From Octopus vulgaris (Eukaryota), in contig OX597817.1 of assembly GCA_951406725.2 (NCBI GenBank), positions 90,520,001 to 90,584,000 on the forward strand: a DNA stretch of 64,000 bases. Direction: 5' to 3'. Each line of letters opens with the position of its first letter. Positions within the stretch are counted from its first letter, which is position 1. The translations under genes were made by a program, and so were the position numbers. The notes below the pieces were generated by a model, which saw nothing but the letters and a program-made list of their open reading frames with translations, did not search any database and was not told where the DNA came from. Positions 1 to 11,959 of this stretch are shown in pieces.

Positions 1-1636
1 CAACAAAAATAACTAAATAATAAAACAATTTCTAATGTATTTCAAGAAAAAAAAGAAGAGCATGAGAAGACCCACTGCTTTGAAAATAAATAAAATATAG
101 CCATAATAAAATTCAGTAAAATCTAGATGGTATTTATTACTTCATTGTTAATTATTTATTAATTACGGTGTGAAGATTGCTTTATCATCATGTCAGTTCT
201 CTTGTAACACATCTGTCACAGCTGAAATGACAAAAAAATTAAACTAAACTACTAATAATAACTATGATTATAATTTTTCTAACTACTAATCTCCACTATA
301 GATATATGTGTCATACACATGTTTAACTTGATATTGGCCTAAAACTACCTATTCAAAACAACATATTTTTAATTTTTAAAATATCTAAAGTGCAATTTCT
401 AATTTTAATTACTTTTCTATTAACCTCAGCTGTAGAAATGAAATATTTTACTATTTACATCTACACTAAATTCTACACTAAATCAACAATAAAATTCAAG
501 TGTCTTATTCCTTGGACAGGATATACCAGCTAGAGTCAAAGATTAGGACCCTGTATTTATAAAACTAATGGTGTATTTTTATTAATATTTAGCAGAAGCA
601 ACAGTTACTCAAGGGTCAAGAGTTAACAGAAGCTACAGAATGACTCAAGGACCTAGAATTTTGTGTGTTGGTACTTATCAAACTAGGTTTGCTTATTATT
701 GATAAAAATATATATATCCTTATATTTTGAGTTTTATTTTCCCTCTTTGCATGACCATACCTAAAGCTAATGGTAGTAACATTCTTATCCATAAGGCTAT
801 AAAGACAAGTACAAGTCCAAACCCAACCCATTAATATGTTCACATGTATGGATGAGACACCTGGTGATGCTCAAAGATCAAACTGTGTACAACTTAGTAT
901 AGATGTAAATATTAACATATTCCATCACTAAAGAAAAAATTCATTAGTTCAGAAAATTATAATCATAATGAATTAACTCTTCTTGGACATTTAAACAGTT
1001 AACCCTTTAGCATTTGAAGTGGTGATATCCAGCCAAAATATTCTTCTTGTTTTATATTCAAACTGGCCTGATCCAGCCTTTCACACCTACCCTTCAATGT
1101 TAGTCTAAAAAATATACAGTGACATAATTAAAATCTCAAGGCTACAAGATAATACCTGATCAACACAAAACAATGTGGAGAAAAAAACATTTGATGAATG
1201 TTAAAGGATTAATAAACTAGCATTGGTTTGTATATGCAACAATTAGCCAGTAAGAGGGTTTGCAGAAGTGCTGTGAGGAAAGTAGAAGCTACCATTTATG
1301 GCACTTGCTTTTTGCCACCCACCCCATATGAGCATAAGGAAGAAACAAAATATAATACCATTGCCAAATTAAAAAATGTTAACGTAATTAACTGCTAAAC
1401 AATATACTATAATTTCTTAGAAAATCTCCCATTATTTTGAAATATAGTGAAACAGAAATTTCATAATAACTGGAAATAAAAATCAAGTCAAAGAAGTTAA
1501 TGTATCTCTCCAAAATGGACTCCTACTAAATGTTCACCAATCCTTCAAATGGTTGCTACTAGCTGCCAAACCTGCAGTGGTTCTTTCTTGCACATTGCAT
1601 AAGTACAAATAATATATATGAAGTATTCTAACTTAC

Positions 1637-1697
1637 ATCTTTCAGTCTTTAAGGAACTTAATGGTGTTATCACACCTTCCATTAGCTGCTTGTTCCT
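1637..1697 (-). CDS. RAPGEF4: Epac/RAPGEF4-like exon following CNB-A (61 nt, phase 0 to phase 1)
   Basis: ttttgcag acceptor and AT|gtaagt donor. It encodes RNKQLMEGVITPLSSLKTER, in frame with ...KILWE, and aligns to Epac2 KYRQYMAGLLAPP. It is too short to appear in the ORF track. Confidence 0.8.
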
Positions 1698-1915
1698 CTG
1701 CAAAACAAATAACAAAAATCATTATTATTATTATTATCATCATTAATAAGTTATAATTGAATTCTAGTTTACACAGTATTCAAGTGTTATGCCTAAACAA
1801 CTTTGGCTAGGGGACAAAATCAAAGGCACACTCCAACTCTTTTACATGAAACAATGTAAAAATGAGTTATAAATTTATGCATTCAAATAGAAATAAAATA
1901 TAATAAAAGAAATTA

Positions 1916-1952
<37 letters not shown>

Positions 1953-1956
1953 TTAA

Positions 1957-2412
1957 GTGGTGAGCTGGCAGAATTGTTAGCATGCTGGATTAAATGCTTA
2001 ACAGTATTTCATCTATTGCTACAATCCGAGTTAAAATATTCTGCCGAGGTTTACTTTGCTTTACATTCTTCTGGAGTCAATAAATTAAGTACCAGTGAAA
2101 CACTGGGGTCAATGAAATCGACTAATCTCTTTCCCCAAAACTGCTGCCCTTGTGGCAAAATTTGAAACCATCATTATTATTTCTATAAATATTATTAATA
2201 TTATTATTAAGGCTGCAAGCTGGCAGAATCGTTAGCATACCAGATGAAATGCTTAATATTTCGCCTATCTTTATGTTATGAGTTCAAATTCCGCTGAGGT
2301 CAACTTTGCCTTTTATCCTTTTAGGGTTGATAAATTAAGCACCAGTGAAACACGGTGGTCAATATAATCGATTAGTCCCCTCCCCAAAATTTCAGGCTTT
2401 GTGCTTTCAGTA
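1957..2412 (+). mobile_element. Tandem pair of tRNA-derived SINE family A (~210 bp each, TTA tails)
   Basis: A-box-like GAGCTGGCAGAATCGTTAG, B-box-like GAGTTCAAATTC and a central CTTTGCCTTTCATCCTTTCGGGGTCGATAAA-type core (consensus). Other copies lie near 23873(-), 27500(-), 31025(+), 34540(-), 38225 and 38474(+), 43378(-), 46244(+), 50577(-), 53740(+) and 56384(+). Confidence 0.85.
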
Positions 2413-2743
2413 GACTGTGTAAACACACCAACACCAGGTATCAAGCAGTGGTGGGGACAAACACACACACAAACAATGGGCTTCTTTCAGTTTCTGTCAA
2501 CTAAATCTACTCACAAGGCTTTGGTTAGCCCAAGGCTATAGTAGAAGACACTTGGTCAAGGTGCCACGCAGTGGAATTGAACCTGGAATCATGTTCTTGG
2601 GATTCAAATTCCTTACCACACAACCACGTCTGCCTTAATCATTAAAAAAATTTTTCTACTGCTTACTTCACCAACTCACTCCATTGTCATCATCTCAACT
2701 CCACTACTCCTCATATTCTTCTACCACTATACTGCAAATTTAC

Positions 2744-2764
2744 CTCCCATACCAGCACTGCCAT
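2744..2764 (-). CDS. Candidate alternative first coding exon (MAVLVWE) of the Epac-like gene
   Basis: Reads ATG GCA GTG CTG GTA TGG GAG|gtaaat with an upstream in-frame TGA. The phase 0 donor is compatible with exon 1637-1697. It shares TATGGGAGGTAA with the canonical exon end. Confidence 0.3.
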
Positions 2765-5034
2765 AAAATACCACACAAATGGTCAAAATATATTGCCACC
2801 ACAATTCTACTGTAACTCCACTGCCAGTCTACTTCCATTTTATTATCATTGTACAAACCTCTATTAACACCTTCATTTTTCACTATCTCTTCACTGCCAT
2901 CCTTAAACCACTCCAGTACCACTCCAATACCACTCTAGTGCAACACTACATTCTGACAGCCTTAATAATAAGTAACGCATCCAAGATATAACTTTGATTT
3001 CTATTAGATTCTTGTTGATACTCATTGATGACATAGACAGACAGACAGATAGAGTGAGAGAGAGGCAGACAGACAGAGAATACTGTGGATGTTTGCAGCT
3101 GTTTGTAGAAATACTACACATCACATTACAAAGATACTGAAATAACTATCGTTTATCTAACTTTCCTCCATTTTGTTAACTAACACTTTCATCCTACCGT
3201 TTTTCTTCCAGATATTGAGCTACAAGCTGGCCTTTGATTCTAGATTTTAACATTAACCATTAATCTATAAGACACACCCAGTCCCAAACAGATACAAGGG
3301 TAAAAATAAAAATACATATATAAAATAAATAAAAACAAAAAAACAGAAGTTATCATCAGTTTTTGAGAATTCTGTTGCAGATACAAAATTCAATGTTCCA
3401 GAGAGAGGGAAAAATATTGGTAAATATTGAGTAAATAGCAGCAAAAGAAACCATAAAATTAGATTAGCCAATTTTAGAGAAAGGCCAGCTCTTTTCAAAT
3501 ATCTCGGACGAGAAGACAGAAAGAGACAGTCGATATTTCTTCAAACTATAGAAATCATTTTTTTTTGTGCTATTCCAACAGAGGAAGTAACATTTTACTA
3601 GTAATGTTTTAAATTATATTTCTTGGAAATATTTTGAATACACACACACACACATACACACAGTATGTATACATATGTATATGTCAGTGCATGATATATA
3701 TATACATACACATACATGTGTGTGTAAGTCTGTGAGTATGCAAATAACATATATGTATTTCTACATATATTTGTATTTACACATACACACATATAATATC
3801 TCTAATGATAGGGTGAGCTGTTTTTAGTGAAGAGGGAAATAAACCCAGAAGATCAAATCAAAATTGGCAGCCACCATCACTCTCAACACCACCAACATCA
3901 TCAACATTTGAGTTTTACGTCTGTTATTCATTTCCATTCAGCTATTTGTTGTTGTTTTAATTATAATTCCCGTACCCCATTAGTTCAACAGTAAATCATA
4001 GATTAAATTTCAAACAAATCCTTATCAGATTTCTTCAAATAATTTTGTAGTTGCTGATTAAATAAGTAGAATTAGAGAGAAGACATTTTGAAAAGGAAAT
4101 CAAAAAGAATATAAAGAATTGAAGTGATTCTACAGAGTTAAAGGAAGTCATCTTATATATTTATACATCTGTAAATGATTGATCTTATGCAATAAGCAGT
4201 AGATAATTCAAATGGAGTTTTACAATTTGGAAATCAGAGCCAATTGCAGAAAATGAGCTGCAGTTTATAGAATTGAATAAGAATTGGAAGAAATGGGCCA
4301 AATTTCATTATTTCCTGTGATTTTTCCCTCTTTTCTCTTTAAGCTGAATGTTAGAAGAGAAATATGGAAACCCTTATTTACTCTTCTTTTCCAATTTCTT
4401 TACTATATTGATGCTGCTGTTGATGGAGGTGGTGGTAGTAGCTGTGGCAATAGCAGTGATGGTGCTTGTGAAGTTGCTGATGATGCTGGTAGTGACGATG
4501 GTGGTAGTAGTAGAGATGTTGGTGTTGATGGTGATATTATTTGTTAATGCCAGTCAGCTGTGACTAAGCAGATTTATCATCAAATCTATTCCAGCAGTGA
4601 CCATCCTGTCTTTTTTATTTTTTAATACTTCATGGATTGCATTTTCTAATGTAACTTTCCTTTCATAAGAATGTTAGGATGTGAGATGAGGAATAGTTGG
4701 TCACTGTTTCAAGAAAGCAAAGCAACTGCATAGAGGCTCACTCATTGCAGGCTGTTGCTATTTAGTCCCTACAAAACCCCGATTGTGTAAATTTATGATC
4801 AAAGAAATTCCAGTTATGACCATCGCATCATATTCTTATGCACATTGCATCTAAGACCACATTATCTAATGCATGATAATATGAGCAATGTGTACTCCTC
4901 TTCCTTTTCCATGGCAGTAACTGAAAATGAGAACTGTTTCAGATCATGATGACCAGTTCAACTCATGCCAGCATGGCAAGTGGACATAAAATAAAGATGA
5001 TACAGATGTGCATCCTTTTGTGTGAATATGCCCT

Positions 5035-5069
<35 letters not shown>

Positions 5070-5084
5070 ATGCACATATATGGA

Positions 5085-5446
5085 ACATGTGGAAGAAGGA
5101 GACCTAGGAAGACAAGGGATGAAGCACTGAAGGCTGATCTCAAGACACTGAGCCTTACAAAGGAGATAACAAAGGACTGAGACATCTAGCACCGAGATAC
5201 CCGTCCACCACATCAGAATTGATACTGGTGCAGGTACCACATCAAAAACACTCATGCTGGTGTCATGTTAAAAGCACTGGTGCTTGTGCCACATAATCCC
5301 ACCCATCACACACTGTAAAATGGCTGGCATTAGGAAGGGCATCCAGTTGCAGGAACCATGTCAGAACAGATATGGCCTTAACAGTTCAAGTCAAACTGTC
5401 CAATCCATGCCACCATGGAAAGTGGACACTAAATGATGATGATGAT
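5085..5446 (+). mobile_element. Short RTE 3'-end fragment
   Basis: GGAACATGTGGAAGAAGGAGACCTAGGAAGACA (GTCGRRRPRKT), then the tail motif and (GAT)n. Confidence 0.7.
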
Positions 5447-6265
5447 ATATGAATGTATTTCTGAGTGTGACACTATAAGTTTGTACACACACACACACAC
5501 ACACAAATTGTCTCTTGCTTTACATAGTGCTCAGTTTTACATCAGCATAGATTGGGTGTGAATTTATTCCATTTTCACACATGCATAAACACTACCTTGT
5601 TTCCATTTCAATTTTACATTTTCGTTATTTCATGAACCCTTAAAATACTACTGTGGATCCATAATTTACTATTTTGCTAGCAAGGACCCCTCAAAATCTT
5701 ATATGGACCCTCAGGGGTTGTATTGATCCCAGTTGAGAATCAGTGCTCTATGCCAATGCTTAAGTTAGGAAATTCTTTCATACTTAAAAAAAAATAATTG
5801 TGAATGAATAGTGTTCCAAATATTACAAAAGTCAACTTCTTCAGAAATGAAATTTAGTGCATCAATTTTAAAATGGAAAAGGTTTAACAATAACTGTGAA
5901 CTAACTAATTACAAACAAAGTAACTGTTAGAACAAGTAAAAGGAATTTAGGAAGAAAGAAAAATCAGAGGTGTGTATAATCACTTCAATAATTATATAAG
6001 ACAAAACATACATATGTGGTAACATTATAAATATGATGGAAAAATCTCTATTATTTTGGATAGGAGATAAAATCCAATACACAAACAGAGGTAGATGATA
6101 ATCATGTCTATTATCTCCATTTTAATAAATAGTTTTAATTTCATTGGTTTATATATTTTATGAAAAATATTATTAAAAATGTATCTACTTTGTTTTATAC
6201 AATTGCAATTTGCATTGTAATTGGGGGAACCAATCTACCATGCAAAACTAAGAGGCCACTATATT

Positions 6266-6303
<38 letters not shown>

Positions 6304-6371
6304 ACAAAGTGTCTTATATATGTGTGTATATATACACACATACACTACATAAGATACTTTATGATATAAAA

Positions 6372-6527
6372 TAGCTGCCTGCATCAGTTGTTGACTGCCA
6401 TGACACTGCATCCTTTAAGGCCCTCATGCTTCCCGAAATCCGTCGAAACTACACCTGATTATATATACACTTTAGATGAGTTGTAGTGCACCTGAGCACT
6501 GTACACAATTATTATTATTATTATTAT
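6372..6527 (+). mobile_element. 3' tip of the same CR1 family with an (ATT)n tail
   Basis: Matches the reverse complement of 56505-56740 (CATGACACTGCATCCTTTAA...GATGAGTTGTAGTGCACCTG). Confidence 0.7.
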
Positions 6528-6715
6528 ACTCTGCCCAGAAATGCATTGAGTACTTTTTATGATCTGTAAACACCTTAACTGTATGAATATGGATGCTTGC
6601 ACTAATATATACATGCACATGTGTGTATGCATTCACACACAGGTACATCGTTGCACCCATACATCCATCCATCCATGCATACATACATACATACATACAT
6701 ACATACATACATACA

Positions 6716-6747
<32 letters not shown>

Positions 6748-7098
6748 GACAAGTAGATCAATAGCAATACAATATACAGGTTATAGATACATACATAAAC
6801 ACGTCTTTATGTTTAATAAATATATTTTTTAGCATTGCCATGAAGGTAGGCCAAGTGATTAAATCAACATTCCTTTCAGTAGCTTGGAATGGGGACTGAA
6901 CCAACAACTTTAGAATTACCTTAAAGAATAATTAATGATCACACAGCTCTGTGTTCCAAGCTACTGATGTAGTACTGTAATTTACTTTCAAGATATAAAT
7001 AATAAATATTGTATATACACAGTTACAGATGTAGGTCTCATATGGTGTATAGACTAGCTTTAAATATATAAAATGTTACTCTCCTTCCAACTTCCTAT

Positions 7099-7610
7099 TG
7101 TTTTGTAAACAAAACACAGGTTTGTCCACTAACTGTAGTAAATAGTCAAATTAATGTAGACTGCATTCTCTTAACTTTTTAATGTTTTGCAAACAAAACT
7201 CAAAGCCTTCCCGTGGTAGTTATAAGAAAGTTAAATTACAGTTTTCTTGAAATTTTGTCTGATTCATAAAAAAAATTAAGTTCTATTTACCTGAGTAAAT
7301 AAAAATCTATATTAAATAAAGACAATATTCTGGGTTTTATAAACAAAACTTAGTGTTTACCTATTGATCTGATTATACAGTAAATTACAGAAATAAATGA
7401 TAAATTCTCAGGGTTTGTGAACAAAACTTAAGATGTACGTATTGACTTTAAGCAATTACAAAAGTTATTTTTTAAAAAATGTAGCCTTCTGGTACTTTAC
7501 TAAACTTTGTGAACAAAATTTAAGGTCCACAAAGTCTAAGTGAGTAGTATATCATAGAAAAATTACCCCAACTGCTTCTTACTCGATTTTGTAAACAATA
7601 CTTAAGGTCA
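7099..7610. repeat. Degenerate ~80-bp minisatellite with a palindromic TTTGTAAACAAAAC core
   Basis: The core recurs at about 7101, 7186, 7335, 7413, 7506 and 7587. Confidence 0.6.
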
Positions 7611-8144
7611 ACTTAACTAGAAAAAGCATATAATCACAATATTAGAGAAAAATAAGGGACAAAATTCAATAAATGCCAATTAATTTGATTTAGAGAAATA
7701 AAAAACACAATATATATACAGACATACCCTGACGTATACCTATATGTATATACACAGACACTCATACACACATATATATATATACATACACATATGTTTA
7801 TACATATGCATATTTACATATATGTAAGTGTATATGGATATATAAGTATGTACACAGACACGAGTGTGTATATAATGTGTGTGTGTATGTGTATATATAT
7901 ATATATACTTATATATACATGATCACACACATGCACATATGTATATATGCATATACGTATACATATACATATTTAAGTACATGCATATTTATATACATAC
8001 ACATATATATACATACATATATACACACAAACATGTGTGTGTGTATATATATATAGATTTGTGCATGTTTGTATTTATATATACACTTAGGTATACGCAT
8101 ATTTATTATCATATGTATAGTTACATATACATATATACACATAC

Positions 8145-8195
<51 letters not shown>

Positions 8196-8223
8196 TTTAT
8201 ACACATACATATATAAACACAAA

Positions 8224-8365
8224 CAGGTGTGATTGTGTGGTAAGACGCTTGCTTCCCGACCACATTGTTCTGGGTTCAGTCCCACTGTGTGGTACTTTGG
8301 GCAAGTGCCTCAAGCTGACCAGTCTTGTCAGTGGACTAATTTGACGGACGCTATGAGGAGCCCAT

Positions 8366-8411
<46 letters not shown>

Positions 8412-8615
8412 TGTGTGTATATGTATATGTATATATATATATATATGTGTGTGTGTGCATATATATTTAAATATATCTGTGTGTATGTCTTTGTGTCTGT
8501 GTGTTTGTGTTTGTCCCCCCTACCACTGCTTGACAACCAGTCTTGGTATGTTTGTGTTCCCATAACTTAGCAGTTTGGCAAAAGAGACTGATAGGATAAG
8601 TATAAGAAAAATAAG
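8224..8615 (+). mobile_element. tRNA-derived CORE-like SINE family B with an internal (GT/AT)n expansion
   Basis: GTGTGGTAAG...GGGTTCAGTCCCACTG..(C/T)TTGGGCAAGTG head, internal microsatellite and TAACTTAGCAGTT tail. Other copies lie near 2415-2635(-), 24455-24803(-), 31335-31655(-), 33250-33858(+), 52125-52890 (nested, both strands) and 53220-53350(-). Confidence 0.8.
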
Positions 8616-8770
8616 TACATATAGATACACACACATAAACATACACATGTGTATAGATATATATACATACACATGCGTATGTATATATATATATATATTT
8701 ATATACACACACACACACAAATACATACATACACACACACATACACACAAACATATACAGACACACACAC

Positions 8771-8837
<67 letters not shown>

Positions 8838-9201
8838 CAGACAAGCAGGCAGATAGGCAGACAGATTGACAGATATGGATGTAGTAAAAAACTTGCAACA
8901 ATTTGAAGTATTATTTCCCTTTCAGTTATGACCACCACCAGTAACATAATGAATCAAAACTGTGAAAGTTGTACTGTTATCACCTGTTTTTTCCAACTGT
9001 CCGCAATGAAATGGTTTACATTTTTCCAGCTAAACATGGTAAAAGGGCAAGTTTTACAACAACACTACACTACACCAGACACACACCAGCAGGAATTCTG
9101 TGAAGAAACACTCCTTTTCTGCTTAGTATCAAAATGGTAAATCCTTTGATATATGTTCAGACTTCGTGTGTTGTAAGCAAAACAAGACGGGAAAAACAAT
9201 G

Positions 9202-9237
<36 letters not shown>

Positions 9238-9694
9238 AATATATATATATATAAATGAATATATATATGTAGGTATGTAATATGTATGTATATATTTCCA
9301 GCGATAGAGCAAACTGAAGTGTCAGCTAATGGCAGAAACTTTACACAACTTTTGTCATCTGATGTTGAATATTTAATACAGATGAACATATGTGTATATG
9401 GGTGTGTAAATGCATGTATCTGCTTGGCTATATCTATGAATGTGTGCGAGTGTGTTTATATGTGTGTGAATGTGCATATATGTATGCATATATATATACA
9501 TATATATACACACACACATGCATATACAAATATATATATGCACACACACATACACACATGCATGTACATATACACAGACATACTCACATTTGTATGTGTG
9601 AATGTTATGTTATATGTATATATATTTACACATGCATATATGTATATTTACCAATACATACATACATACATACATAAATACATACATACATACA

Positions 9695-9728
<34 letters not shown>

Positions 9729-9795
9729 CATACATACATACATATATATATATATATTGTATGTATACATATAGATGTAGGTATGTACATATATG

Positions 9796-9854
<59 letters not shown>

Positions 9855-9997
9855 ATAAGTTGAAACTAACATCGACCTCATACTAAAAGTACCTTGTCCT
9901 TTTAAAATAGTGAATGTTTAAGACAAATCTGATGATGATGATAGAGGTGGAACCAACAAATATCAATCTGCACCAGTGTGTGTATATGTGTGGGTGA

Positions 9998-10039
<42 letters not shown>

Positions 10040-10184
10040 TAGTATTTGGACAATGAAAGGGTCAATATCCAGAAAGCTTTAAATACGTCAGTTGATATAT
10101 ATATATATATATATACATATACACATATGCACACACACATATATGTATATGTATGTAAGTATGTATGCGTTTGTATAAATACAT

Positions 10185-10235
<51 letters not shown>

Positions 10236-10734
10236 AATATATAAGTAAATATATATATATAAGATATCTATAATATATATATATATATATATATTTATGT
10301 ATAGATATACACATATAAATACATACATATATACATAAATAGTATGAGTGTTTACATTTTATACATCTATACACACATATGTTACATAAATCTAATATGT
10401 GTATTACATTCATTCATACATGCACACACACACACATAAATATATATATATATGTATATATAAGTATACACATGTATATATATATATATATATTATGTGA
10501 AATAGAAAGATGAATAATCTTGTAGCAGATTAAACAAAAGTTTAACCGATACCTTGGTAGCAAAAATCACAGCAGAAGACAGCACGGTTGGAGGTACAAC
10601 CATATGGTGTTGCAACCGTGCGTTGGTGCGGATAATTGAAATTATCTTCAATTCTTCAATTCACCAATAATATATATATATATATATATGTATATATAGA
10701 TATACATACATATGTATATATATATACATATGTG

Positions 10735-10766
<32 letters not shown>

Positions 10767-11021
10767 AACACACACATACATATGTGTGTATGTCTATATA
10801 TATATATATATATATATATACGCACATAGATATGTATATATATGTGTGTGTGTGTATATATATATAATATATATATATATATAGAGATATGTGTAAATAT
10901 ATATATATATATATATGTTTATACATACATACATACATACATACATATGTGTATATATATATAAATATATATATATATATACATACATATACATACATGT
11001 ACATACATACATATATTTATA

Positions 11022-11084
<63 letters not shown>

Positions 11085-11109
11085 TCCAGCAAATTACATT
11101 TATAACGGA

Positions 11110-11174
11110 CCATGCTGATGATGGCTGCAGTTTTCCTTGCGGAAAATAACAGCTGAAACTAAGTTAGTACATGG
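11110..11174 (+). ncRNA. Minimal type I hammerhead ribozyme motif
   Basis: ccatg CTGATGA t ggctg..gttttcc ttgc ggaaaat..cagct GAAA cta agt ta GTA catgg. It has a 5-bp stem I, an intact core, an extended stem II, a 4-bp stem III and a GUA cleavage triplet. Confidence 0.8.
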
Positions 11175-11325
11175 GTAATTATTTTATTTCGTATATTTTT
11201 CACTTGTTTATTGCTATGGTTTTGTGTTGAGTTTGATCTGAGAACATAATCTTTTGTGGAGAATGACGATTTGACGTCTATATCTAGCATGTTGACTGTC
11301 CACTTTTCGTGTTCAGTCCTTAATT

Positions 11326-11365
<40 letters not shown>

Positions 11366-11959
11366 CATATACCGGAAGGAGTTATAAAATAACAAAACAT
11401 GTCAGAAGATAACAAGGAGGGAGGTGATAAAGATGGCAGCACATACTGTTTTGCTTTTAAGTAAAACATCCCTCTCTATCACAATAAACTTCTCTTGAAT
11501 TCTAAAATGTATCATAGAATACTAAATAAGGGATTTTATAATTGAGAAAGTAGACTTCGCAGTCAGTCCTCTTGTTATTGCTTTTGTTGTTGTACCAGAT
11601 CACTTTTTACTGAACCAATCTAAGGTGATAAAATTTGTCCCTAACTTGGCCACCCAAATTTTTCCTACACACCATCCATGTATTACCACATCTACATTGA
11701 GCTGCATGCTCTTCCTCATATTTTAAATAGGGTGTGATTTGAAATAGATTTGACTGTTATATCTTGTAGTTTTATCAATGCAGTAAGTGTTGTCTTGAAG
11801 GAGTGCACTTACAGAGAAGACAGATTCTGAGAGAGATATTCACAAGAAGAGACTCATAGACAAAGACACATACACAGAAGCTTATATAAATACACATATA
11901 TGCATACAAACATACACATATGCATACATATATATGCTGAAAATGGGCAGAAAACAGAC

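Larger units (their letters stand above)
7730..11370. repeat. Compound microsatellite field of (AT)n, (AC)n, (ATAC)n and (AGAT)n with small element fragments
   Basis: Seen directly. It is the source of the many [12 protein letters not shown] pseudo-ORFs. Confidence 0.95.

Noticed and set aside
1957-2050. tRNA genes suggested by A/B boxes
   Set aside because: These are SINE heads, with no cloverleaf or Pol III terminator.
3265-3498. Hydrophobic 77-aa ORF resembling a membrane micropeptide
   Set aside because: It starts at TTG, and its hydrophobicity follows from T-rich composition.
4284-4563. Gly/Asp- or Val/Met-rich ORFs
   Set aside because: They come from a degenerate (GGT/GAT)n low-complexity tract without convincing splice signals.
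7879-11149. Numerous 60-176 aa ORFs rich in YI/HT/CV (also at 30.0, 39.2-39.9 and 49-50 kb)
   Set aside because: They are translations of stop-free microsatellites, not genes.
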